Source: an uncultured Dehalococcoidia bacterium (GTDB lineage: Bacteria; Chloroflexota; Dehalococcoidia; Lucifugimonadales; CAJWUJ01). From it: a stretch of DNA of 64,000 nt. This document shows, in pieces, positions 45,504 through 53,973 of this stretch (the first letter of the stretch is position 1; each line of letters begins with the position of its first letter). The stretch covers positions 2,743-66,742 of the forward strand of contig CAJWUJ010000002.1 of the NCBI GenBank assembly GCA_913047625.1, given 5' to 3'. The notes beneath the pieces were generated by a model. It worked only from the letters and a program-made list of their open reading frames with translations. It made no database searches and was not told the origin of the DNA. A program made the translations under genes and the position numbers.

Positions 45504-46634
45504 TTAAAGATTTTGAGACTTGTGTTTTTTGCCTCGTTCCCCGGTGTAAAGGGCTCTTGGCCGAATCAACCTATTGTTGTTATATTGTTCCAGAATATGT
45601 GCAGACCACCCAGCTATTCTGGTGCTAGCGACGACGTTTGTCATCATGTTTAACTGGAAGCCTAGTTGGTACAGAACTATAGCAGCATAGTAGTCCACAT
45701 TCGGTATGATATTTTTCGAGTTTTTCATGGCTTGTTCAGCCTCTTGGGCTATTTCATACCACTGGCTGTCTCCATGGGATGTACTCATTTCTCGTGCCAG
45801 ATCCTTAAGTTCAGCAGCGCGAGGATCTCCTGCCCGGTAAACTCTGTGGCCAAAGCCTGACAATTTTTGTTTATTGGATAGGGCTGTTTCAACATAAGGT
45901 TTTGCCTTATCTGGAGACCCTATATCCATAAACATTCGCATTGCATCGTCTATCGCGCCACCGTGCAGCGGCCCTTTAATAGCTCCAATCCCCGCGACTA
46001 CTGATGAGTAGAAATCTGAGAGCGTACCCACAACCACACGACAGGCAAATGTGGAGGCATTTGTTTCATGCTCAGCATATAAGACAAGAGTAGTTTCAAA
46101 TGCCTTTAGGTCAACAGGATCTGGTTTTTCACCAGTAAGCATATATAAGTAGTTTTCAGAATGTCCTAGTGCTGGATTCGGAGATACGGGGTCTTTACCA
46201 CTCTGTATTCTTGATTGAGCAGCAACGATTGTGGGCATTTTGGCTGTTAGATTTATAGCCTTTCTGAGATTGTCATCATTCGTTAGATTATCAGCGCTTG
46301 GATCTGAAGCACCGATTAACGATACAGCAGTACGCAATACTGCCATAGGATGTGCTTCCTTAGGGGTTGTGGAAAGAACCTGTAATACAGAAGATGGAAT
46401 ATTGCGAAGAGAAGCAAGCTCTTTGCTGAAATCATTGAGGACATCACCTGTAGGTAAAGTACTGTACAACAAGAGGTAAGTCATCTCTTCGAAGCTAAGA
46501 GAGCTTGCAATTTCTTTGATATCGTATCCGCGAATAATTAACTCAGGTATGTTACCGTCAATAGTCGCTATAGATGATTCGAACGCCAGAATGCCATCCA
46601 AGCCTAGCTTCACTTGATTTTGTTCAGTTGTCAT
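45504..46634 (-). CDS. Citrate synthase family protein (2-methylcitrate synthase / small citrate synthase type)
   Basis: 376 aa with GPLHGGA and SGFGHRVYRAGDPRA active-site His motifs. Confidence 0.85.
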   Translation of the reverse strand: MTTEQNQVKLGLDGILAFESSIATIDGNIPELIIRGYDIKEIASSLSFEEMTYLLLYSTLPTGDVLNDFSKELASLRNIPSSVLQVLSTTPKEAHPMAVLRTAVSLIGASDPSADNLTNDDNLRKAINLTAKMPTIVAAQSRIQSGKDPVSPNPALGHSENYLYMLTGEKPDPVDLKAFETTLVLYAEHETNASTFACRVVVGTLSDFYSSVVAGIGAIKGPLHGGAIDDAMRMFMDIGSPDKAKPYVETALSNKQKLSGFGHRVYRAGDPRAAELKDLAREMSTSHGDSQWYEIAQEAEQAMKNSKNIIPNVDYYAAIVLYQLGFQLNMMTNVVASTRIAGWSAHILEQYNNNRLIRPRALYTGERGKKHKSQNL

Positions 46635-46745
46635 AAGTTTTTCCTTTAAGTGGAGATTTCTTTGGTCGTTAGTTTAGCGGGAATTATCCGCTATTTCGAA
46701 AAACTAATTTTCAACTAGTGAGTCGTTACAGTCAACTTGATAGAT

Positions 46746-47504
46746 TTAAGCTCTGGAACCAAAGCTGGTGACTCCTCCGTCAATAATCAGTTCTGTGCCT
46801 GTGACATAGGATGCTTCATCAGAGGCTAGGAAGACGACTCCTTGAGCTATCTCTATAGGTTGAGCTAAGCGGCCCGTCAGGGTATTTTTTTCGCGATCCT
46901 TGAGTACCTCACCAACGAAGATGTCTTTTGTCATATCTGTAGCTGTATAGCCGGGGTGAACAGAATTAACTCGAATTCCGAAAGAAGCATATTCCACTGC
47001 TGCAGCTTTGGTAAATAATCGAACTGCACCTTTTGATGCTGTATAGGCGCTCGAATTACTACCTGCTATGTTTGCTCCTATGGACGCAAAATTAATAATT
47101 GATCCGGTTAAAGCTTTCTTCATCACACTGGCAACATACTTTGTGCCAAGAAAAGTTCCCCGAGCATTAATGTTCATGACACGATCCCACGTTTCGACAT
47201 CAGTGTCGTCTATGCTTATACGAGGATAAATGGCCGCGGTATTTACTAATATATCGATTTTTTTAAAAGTATCACTAATGAACTTGGTAGCTTGTTGCCA
47301 ATCAGCTTCTGCTGATACATCTAGCTTGGTAAAAAAAGTGTTGACGCCTTGTTGATTGAGATCATTGACGAGCTTTTTGCCTTGGTCCTCAAGAATATCT
47401 GCGATGACGACCGTCGCTCCCTCTTTACAAAAAAGTTCTGCTGTAGCAGCTCCTATACCTCTAGCACCCCCACTAATAAGGGCAACTTTGTTTTCTAATC
47501 GCAT
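46746..47504 (-). CDS. Short-chain dehydrogenase/reductase
   Basis: SGGARGIGAATA, NTAA, and catalytic S...YTASK. Confidence 0.85.
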   Translation of the reverse strand: MRLENKVALISGGARGIGAATAELFCKEGATVVIADILEDQGKKLVNDLNQQGVNTFFTKLDVSAEADWQQATKFISDTFKKIDILVNTAAIYPRISIDDTDVETWDRVMNINARGTFLGTKYVASVMKKALTGSIINFASIGANIAGSNSSAYTASKGAVRLFTKAAAVEYASFGIRVNSVHPGYTATDMTKDIFVGEVLKDREKNTLTGRLAQPIEIAQGVVFLASDEASYVTGTELIIDGGVTSFGSRA

Positions 47505-47603
47505 GGGCTACCTTCCTAATAAAATATCAAGTGCCTTTGTTGGAACCTCTAACTAAGGTGGTATTTAGAAGTTGATGATAAGATAGCAATGAAAAGGAAC
47601 ATT

Positions 47604-48596
47604 ATGCAATACAACGTACTAGGGAAAACTCAATTAAAAGTGTCTTGTTTAGGATTAGGAACCATGACATTTGGGGGTCAGGTTGACGTAAAGAACGCCC
47701 AAATGATTGTGGATGAGTGCGTGGAAGCTGGGATTAATTTTTTTGATACAGCTGATGTGTACCAAGACGGACACTCTGAAGAAGTTCTTGGTAAATGCAT
47801 CGCTAAACATAGATCAAATATCGTTCTCGCTACTAAGGTTGGTATGGGACCTAATTTAACACTGAAGGGCTTATCTCGTAGACAGATCATAGAGGCTGTT
47901 GAGCTGAGTCTGAAAAGGCTAGAAACTGACTATATCGATTTATACCAGGTTCATAGGCCTGACTATTCAATTGATCTTGAAGAAACGTTGAGAGCTTTGG
48001 ATGAGTTAGTCAAGCAAGGAAAAGTGCGGTATGTAGGATGCTCCAACTACCTCGCTTGGTATTTGTGTAAAGCATTATGGATTAGTGATGCGTATGGTTT
48101 AACCCAGTTTTCCACCACTCAGGCTCGATACAACTTGTTGGATCGTAGGATAGAAGATGATTTACTCAAACTGTCTAGAGAACAGAAGCTTGGGGTTATC
48201 ACCTATAATCCCCTGGCCGGTGGGTTTTTAACGGGGAAATATGCCAGAGGAAAAGATCCAAGCCCTGGCACCATGCTTGAAAAAAATAGCAGCTATAAGG
48301 AACGATACTGGTTCCATGAAAACTTTGATGCTGTAGAAACTTTTCTCGATTTAACCCGATCGCTTGGTCGTGATCCAGTCCATTTAGCTTTACGGTGGGT
48401 GATGAACAATCCTCTCGTAACAGTTCCCATAGTAGGGATAAGCTCCATTGAGCAGCTGAAGCACGCTTTACCGGTGCTCAATATGGATATTAGCCAAGAG
48501 GAACTCGACCAGTGCAACACAGTCCTTGGGGTAGCATTTGATCGTTATGCACCATGGTTGTCTACTAACCCTAGGAATATCACAACACCTAGCTAA
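47604..48596 (+). CDS. Aldo/keto reductase
   Basis: MQYNVLGKTQLKVSCLGLGTMTFGG, FDTADVYQDG, and LYQVHRPD. ATG 47604 (AAGGA upstream) is preferred over 47589. Confidence 0.85.
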   Translation: MQYNVLGKTQLKVSCLGLGTMTFGGQVDVKNAQMIVDECVEAGINFFDTADVYQDGHSEEVLGKCIAKHRSNIVLATKVGMGPNLTLKGLSRRQIIEAVELSLKRLETDYIDLYQVHRPDYSIDLEETLRALDELVKQGKVRYVGCSNYLAWYLCKALWISDAYGLTQFSTTQARYNLLDRRIEDDLLKLSREQKLGVITYNPLAGGFLTGKYARGKDPSPGTMLEKNSSYKERYWFHENFDAVETFLDLTRSLGRDPVHLALRWVMNNPLVTVPIVGISSIEQLKHALPVLNMDISQEELDQCNTVLGVAFDRYAPWLSTNPRNITTPS

Positions 48597-48671
48597 GGTA
48601 GCATAAAGTTAGGGATCTTGATTCACACAGTGTCTCTGATCCTCACGTGACTTGATATTGGTTGTTCGTTC

Positions 48672-49805
48672 CTATGGCTCTAAGCATGCCCTTGTTACTG
48701 CTACTTGATCGCGGCCATCCCACTCAGCAGCTTTAAACGCGTTGGTAATATCTGTTAATTTGAACCTATGACTCACGAGTTTGTGCCAAGGAAAGGTGTT
48801 CTGGGTGCGAACCAGTAGATCGAGTATTTTCGGAATAACGCTTGGTTTGTACATCCAAGAACCGACTATTTTTCTTTCGGGTATAAAATCAAAAGGATCA
48901 ATCATTACGGGTCTCCCGATAACCACATTTCCTATTTCTACTGAGGTACCTCCGAATCGTGTCATTCGGAGACATTCAGGAAGGATAGACGACATTCCAA
49001 CAAGTTCGAGTGCCAGATCGGCACCTCTGTTATCGGTAAGTTCCCAAACTCGTTCAATTCGGCTTTCTGCACTCTCATACTGAGATGCATCTATCGTTTC
49101 ATCAGCGCCAAATTCTTTTGCAAGTTCCAGTCTGTTTGCTAATTTGTCCACAGCTATGATTTTCCCTGCTCCCATATCTCGAGCGAACGCGATAGCTGCC
49201 AGACCTAGGCCTCCTGCTCCCATTACCACGACAGAATCGCCGCCTTTGATTTCTCCTTTGAGTAAGCCTTGGTAGACTGTGCCATAGGCGCAGTTTACAG
49301 GAACGATCATTTCGTCAGTAAGCTCATCAGGCACTTTGAATACCAGTTGGTTGGGGCGAATATAGAAATAATCTCCAAATGTTCCCGTGAAATGAGGAGG
49401 AGTTTCAGGAGAATTCCCTGGAGTATTGTATGCTCGCATTCTTATACCGCATATATTAGGATCTCCATTAAGGCAGTTTTTGCATGTCCCACAACCAACC
49501 ACTTGATTGGAAACAATACGATCGCCAGGCTTAATGGGGTTGCCTAACGAATCTGCTGTAACTCCCTCTCCCAAAGTGTCGATAGTTCCTGCCCATTCGT
49601 GCCCTTGGATTCGACCACCTTCTGGGATGCCTTGATAAGCTCGGTCTCCTCGCCAGTCGTGGAGGTCAGAGCCACAAAGGCCTGCAAGAGTCACTTTACC
49701 TAATATGGCACCAGGTTCCGGTTTAGGAATGGGATATTCTCGAATTTCCCATGGATTTCCAGGACCCATAAAGACTGCTAACTTGCCATATCCTGCTTTG
49801 GTCAT
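48672..49805 (-). CDS. Zinc-dependent medium-chain alcohol dehydrogenase family protein
   Basis: GLCGSDLH, GHEWAG, structural-Zn cysteines GCGTCKNCLNGDPNIC, and GAGGLGLAA. Confidence 0.85.
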   Translation of the reverse strand: MTKAGYGKLAVFMGPGNPWEIREYPIPKPEPGAILGKVTLAGLCGSDLHDWRGDRAYQGIPEGGRIQGHEWAGTIDTLGEGVTADSLGNPIKPGDRIVSNQVVGCGTCKNCLNGDPNICGIRMRAYNTPGNSPETPPHFTGTFGDYFYIRPNQLVFKVPDELTDEMIVPVNCAYGTVYQGLLKGEIKGGDSVVVMGAGGLGLAAIAFARDMGAGKIIAVDKLANRLELAKEFGADETIDASQYESAESRIERVWELTDNRGADLALELVGMSSILPECLRMTRFGGTSVEIGNVVIGRPVMIDPFDFIPERKIVGSWMYKPSVIPKILDLLVRTQNTFPWHKLVSHRFKLTDITNAFKAAEWDGRDQVAVTRACLEP

Positions 49806-50029
49806 ATTGCCCTCCTGTCTACTGCTGCAATGAAGATTAGGTACTACCCCGATGGGTTGGGTAGAACCTATCCCTCTGCAGTAAAAATGTCAAGACGCTG
49901 GAACTCTGACAGTCCTCTCTGTGATCATCTAGACACTTGGTGTGAAACTTGATACCCTCGGCTGTGTTCTTGAAATCTTAAATGACCTGTAATTTATTGA
50001 AATTCACTGGGTGTTGAGGAGTATGCACT

Positions 50030-51175
50030 ATGAAATACACTACGATTTCTGCCGATTCCCATATTGATATGACCTGGCTTCCTGGCGACTTGTTCACCAG
50101 TAATGTCTCTAGTCAATGGAAAGAAGCGGTTCCTAAAGTTGTTGAAACAAAGGAAGGTTTTCGGTGGGTAGCGGAAGGCAAAGAACTTGGAGTAGTTGGT
50201 GGAATGGGGCATGGTTTTGGTGCACCGAAACGGGGTCTTTCATTGCGCACGGACAAGATGATTGACGTTGGATTTTATAAAGACGGTTCTTTGGGGAAAC
50301 CTCATCCTACCACTCCTGAGCTTCGGTTAAAAGATATGGAAATGGATCAGATAGACGCTGAAGTTATCTATGGGATTTTAGCTACTGGTTTACGGTTGGA
50401 TAATAAAGACTTGGTAACAATTGTGTACCAAGTTTATAACAACTGGATCAGTGAATTTTGCAATTCTTACCCTGGGAGATGGGCTGGATTGGCCTGTATT
50501 CCTAACCATGATCCAGAGCAGGCGGCTAAGGAGGTGTATAGGGCTTCATCATTAGGTTTAAAAGGTGCCGATTTTGATGTAGTGACTGCTTCTAAAGATT
50601 TATGGGATATGGATTGGGAACCCCTTTGGCATGCCTTGGAAGAGTGCAAGATGCCGGTATCCTTCCATGTTACGGGCCCACGGGGGTATCCACTCCGTGA
50701 AGATCTTGCAAATGACTCTCGAGAAGGATTGATTTTCATTGGAATAAGACTGACTTTATTTCAAAGCTGTGCAGCAGAATTCTTAGCCAGTATTATTCTT
50801 TCAGGGGCTCTTGACCGACATCCTGGGTTGAACTTTGTTTTAGGGGAAGCAGGAGCTGGTTGGTTACCCTATACATTAGAGCGTATGGATTTAGAATACG
50901 AAGACAGACTCCAAGGCTTGAATCTAAGTATGAAACCAAGCGAATTTTGGTATCGTCAGGGATATACTACCTTTCAAACGGAAACTACCGGTCCTAAAAC
51001 ATTGGATATGATTGGCTATGACAACGTTATGTGGGGGTCTGATTATCCTCATCCTGACGGGGTTTGGCCGGGTTCCCAAGATGCAATTTCGAATGACATG
51101 GGCCATCTTTCGGAAGATGTTCGCGATAAGCTGATTCGCGGAAACGCTGCTCGTCTCTACGGTTTTAGTACCTGA
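50030..51175 (+). CDS. Amidohydrolase-2 family metal-dependent hydrolase/decarboxylase
   Basis: ISADSHIDM N-terminal metal motif, FHV, and WGSDYPHPDG C-terminal motif. Confidence 0.8.
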   Translation: MKYTTISADSHIDMTWLPGDLFTSNVSSQWKEAVPKVVETKEGFRWVAEGKELGVVGGMGHGFGAPKRGLSLRTDKMIDVGFYKDGSLGKPHPTTPELRLKDMEMDQIDAEVIYGILATGLRLDNKDLVTIVYQVYNNWISEFCNSYPGRWAGLACIPNHDPEQAAKEVYRASSLGLKGADFDVVTASKDLWDMDWEPLWHALEECKMPVSFHVTGPRGYPLREDLANDSREGLIFIGIRLTLFQSCAAEFLASIILSGALDRHPGLNFVLGEAGAGWLPYTLERMDLEYEDRLQGLNLSMKPSEFWYRQGYTTFQTETTGPKTLDMIGYDNVMWGSDYPHPDGVWPGSQDAISNDMGHLSEDVRDKLIRGNAARLYGFST

Positions 51176-51227
51176 CCTATGTGTCTGAACATGTCTGATT
51201 CTGTGACTTTTAGGAATACTAGTTCTT

Positions 51228-51257
51228 TTGACAAATGTTCCTCATCTGTGCTATACA
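51228..51257 (+). promoter_or_regulatory. Candidate sigma70-like promoter for the TRAP permease genes
   Basis: TTGACA (51228-51233), an 18-nt spacer, then TATACA (51252-51257). It lies about 105 nt upstream of ATG 51364. Confidence 0.3.
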
Positions 51258-51363
51258 GCAACCATCCATTTCAGTTTGTGATGACGTAGTAATTTTTAAA
51301 ATTGATCAAACATGTCTATTTTGTTGAGAGATAAAGTAACATTTACTATTGGAGGATATGTTC

Positions 51364-52401
51364 ATGGGCAGTAATCCCTTAGTTAGTCTGTATCTTAAGC
51401 CCGCTGGTAGGGTAGGTCGGCAGGTGTATTTTATTAATACCACGCTTGTACTAATACTTACATTCCTCACCTATTTTATGAGCCAAATGTTACTTGATGT
51501 GCAGATACAGGCAGATTTATCTGAATCACCTTTTTGGGCATTTATAGGCGTTCGAGTTGTTCCAATCATTATCCTTGCGATACTGTATGTATGCCAGATT
51601 GCATTAACTATAGGATGGGTAGTGATTACTGCAAAAAGAATCCAGGATATAGGTTTGTTATTCCCCGTTGGAATGGTGACTGGTGTAATATCCGCAGCCA
51701 TTTGGATTTACTGGCTGTATTTCCAATATTCAGTTGATGAAGAGGCTGGAGAGAGTACATTAATCCGTATGATATGTTCCCTGTTGCTCCTTGCCCTAGG
51801 ATTGGTGTTGACTATTGTTAACGGCACGAAGGGTGATAACCAGAACGGGAGCCCCGCTGAGGATTCGATTACTGAATTAAGCAAAGTATTACCTGATAAG
51901 GTATTTGGAGTAGGATTAGCTATTGGTTGTGCTGCCGTATTCTTTATGGCTTGGATTGTTACCATAAACGTAGTTATCCGCAAGACGATTGACTGGTCTA
52001 TTGACTGGAGCGTCGAAATGGTGCAGTACATGATGGTTGTTTTAACCTTTGCAGCACTTGCCCATACTTTGCGAGTAGGTCGACATATTACTATTGACTT
52101 CTTTACTAATAGACTGCCTATCAAAGTGCAAGATTATTTGGAATTAGTCATGATAACTGGTTCCTTTATTTTCACTTTTCTGTTTATGTTGCGATCCTAT
52201 CATTCAGTCGAAAGGGCTTACGGCTACGCTACGCAAGACTGGACCGGAATATTGCAGGCTAAAATTTGGGTTCCTATGACAGCATTACCTGCTGGATTCG
52301 CCTTTCTGGCTGTTGCGCTATTGATTGTTCTTGTTGAGAAATGGGATGTTATGTTTTTCGGTAGGAAGCGGGAAGAAAAGGAAATAGCGCCAAGTCATTA
52401 G
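51364..52401 (+). CDS. dctQ: TRAP transporter small permease (DctQ-like) fused to an N-terminal DUF805-like membrane domain
   Basis: The C-terminal ~165 aa (FFMAWIVTINVVIRKTIDWSIDWSVEMVQYMMVVLTFAALAHTLRVGRHITIDFF) matches the DctQ pattern. The N-terminal ~140 aa (YLKPAGRVGRQVYF...ITAKRIQDIG...) resembles DUF805 (cf. G-R-x-x-R...RRLHD). ATG 51364 has GGAGGA 7 nt upstream. Confidence 0.7.
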   Translation: MGSNPLVSLYLKPAGRVGRQVYFINTTLVLILTFLTYFMSQMLLDVQIQADLSESPFWAFIGVRVVPIIILAILYVCQIALTIGWVVITAKRIQDIGLLFPVGMVTGVISAAIWIYWLYFQYSVDEEAGESTLIRMICSLLLLALGLVLTIVNGTKGDNQNGSPAEDSITELSKVLPDKVFGVGLAIGCAAVFFMAWIVTINVVIRKTIDWSIDWSVEMVQYMMVVLTFAALAHTLRVGRHITIDFFTNRLPIKVQDYLELVMITGSFIFTFLFMLRSYHSVERAYGYATQDWTGILQAKIWVPMTALPAGFAFLAVALLIVLVEKWDVMFFGRKREEKEIAPSH

Positions 52402-52491
52402 GTATTAAACTACATTGACACAGAAAAGTGACGCCGGCATATACGACAGCCGGGTTCTTTCCAAAAATTCACAATATAAGGGAGCAAATAT

Positions 52492-53820
52492 ATGTCGGAA
52501 CTAGATCTACCGTTATGGGCAACAACAATGTTACTAGTGGTACCCTTGCTGGCACTTCTGTTTGCAGGTATGTATGTGGCAGTGGCATTAGGGGTGGTCA
52601 GTTTCATAGGGTTTTATTTGATGCTAGGCGGGAATATGCCTGTTCTCATCGGGGATACGACATTTAACTTAACCAATAACTTTGTTCTGTCAGCGGTCCC
52701 CTTATTTATATTTATGGGCTCATTGATTCTGCATACTGGTTTTAGCAGCGGGTTATACAAAGGGGTATCTGTTTTCTCAAGATATGTACCAGGTAACTTA
52801 TTGCATTCCAATATTATTGCATGCACGATTTTCTCAGCATGTTCTGGATCTAGTGTGGCCACTGCAGCAGCCATTGGAACCGTTGCGTTGCCTGAGATGG
52901 AAAGTCAGGGCTACGAGCGAAAGATAACTGCTGGTTCTCTTGCTGCAGGAGGGACTCTGGGTCCTATTATTCCACCGAGCCTGGGATTCATTATTTATGG
53001 TGCTATTACGGAGACCTCGGTTGGTCAGCTGTTTTTCGCAGGTGCCATTCCTGGTTTGATTTTGTCAGGTATGTTTATGTCGTATATTGTCGTCCGTGTT
53101 GTGCTTGACCCAAGTTTGGTTCCCTCTAAGAAAGACTCTGCTTTGCCGTTTGCGAAAAAGGTTACAACAGTTCTTGCCGCATGGCCTATATTCGGTATTA
53201 TGCTTACTGTGTTGGGTGGAATCTATTTAGGTTGGACAACACCAACTGAAGCAGCAGCAATAGGATGTACTGCAACGATGGTTCTTGCAGCTGTCTATAG
53301 GGTATTGAAATGGGAAGGCATTAAAGATGCGCTTCGTGAAGCGGTGCACACTGCTAGCATGCTCATGTTCATCGTATGTAGCGCGATGATGCTTGGGGTT
53401 GTTTTAGCAAACCTGGGTATTCCTAAAGCAATCGTGGCTTTTGTTCTAGGTTCAAATGTTGATGCCACCATGGTATTAATGCTACTGTTTGCCATGTACT
53501 TTGTGTTGGGTATGTTCTTCGATGGAATATCCATTATGATCATTACTCTCCCTGTTGTGTACCCGGTTATAGTGAATATTGGATATGATCCTATCTGGTT
53601 TGGTGTGGCTCTTATGATTCTTATTGAGGTAGGCTTGTTGACGCCTCCTGTAGGTTTGAACCTTTATGTGATTCACGGCATTTCGAAGCAGCGTCCTTTC
53701 TCTGAAGTAGCGATTGGAGCAGCACCGTTTTTCGTAGTGATGCTAGTTGGACTGGTTATCATAACAGTTTGGCCTGAATTGGCACTGTGGCTGCCTGGTA
53801 AGATGATCCCAGCTTCCTAG
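52492..53820 (+). CDS. dctM: TRAP transporter large permease (DctM family)
   Basis: 442 aa polytopic protein with SGSSVATAAAIG and GTLGPIIPPS motifs typical of DctM. Confidence 0.9.
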   Translation: MSELDLPLWATTMLLVVPLLALLFAGMYVAVALGVVSFIGFYLMLGGNMPVLIGDTTFNLTNNFVLSAVPLFIFMGSLILHTGFSSGLYKGVSVFSRYVPGNLLHSNIIACTIFSACSGSSVATAAAIGTVALPEMESQGYERKITAGSLAAGGTLGPIIPPSLGFIIYGAITETSVGQLFFAGAIPGLILSGMFMSYIVVRVVLDPSLVPSKKDSALPFAKKVTTVLAAWPIFGIMLTVLGGIYLGWTTPTEAAAIGCTATMVLAAVYRVLKWEGIKDALREAVHTASMLMFIVCSAMMLGVVLANLGIPKAIVAFVLGSNVDATMVLMLLFAMYFVLGMFFDGISIMIITLPVVYPVIVNIGYDPIWFGVALMILIEVGLLTPPVGLNLYVIHGISKQRPFSEVAIGAAPFFVVMLVGLVIITVWPELALWLPGKMIPAS

Positions 53821-53846
53821 AAAGTTAAAACTAAATTTGAAAAGCA

Positions 53847-53891
53847 GATGCCTGTACTGGCAATAAGTTGGTACAGGCATCGGTTTTTTTA
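53847..53891 (+). terminator. Rho-independent terminator after dctM
   Basis: 11-bp perfect stem GATGCCTGTAC / GTACAGGCATC (53847-53857 / 53871-53881) followed by GG and T7 (53884-53890). Confidence 0.85.
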
Positions 53892-53973
53892 TTAGGAAAA
53901 TGCAGAACAAGAGCTAATCTATCTACAGTTAGAATAATATATTGCTTGGCAGAGTATAGGAGAATTTATAGGC

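Noticed and set aside
52434-52453. Small GC hairpin (CCGGC N10 GCCGG) between dctQ and dctM
   Set aside because: It has only a 5-bp stem and no U-tract. It is probably irrelevant or at most a minor mRNA structure.
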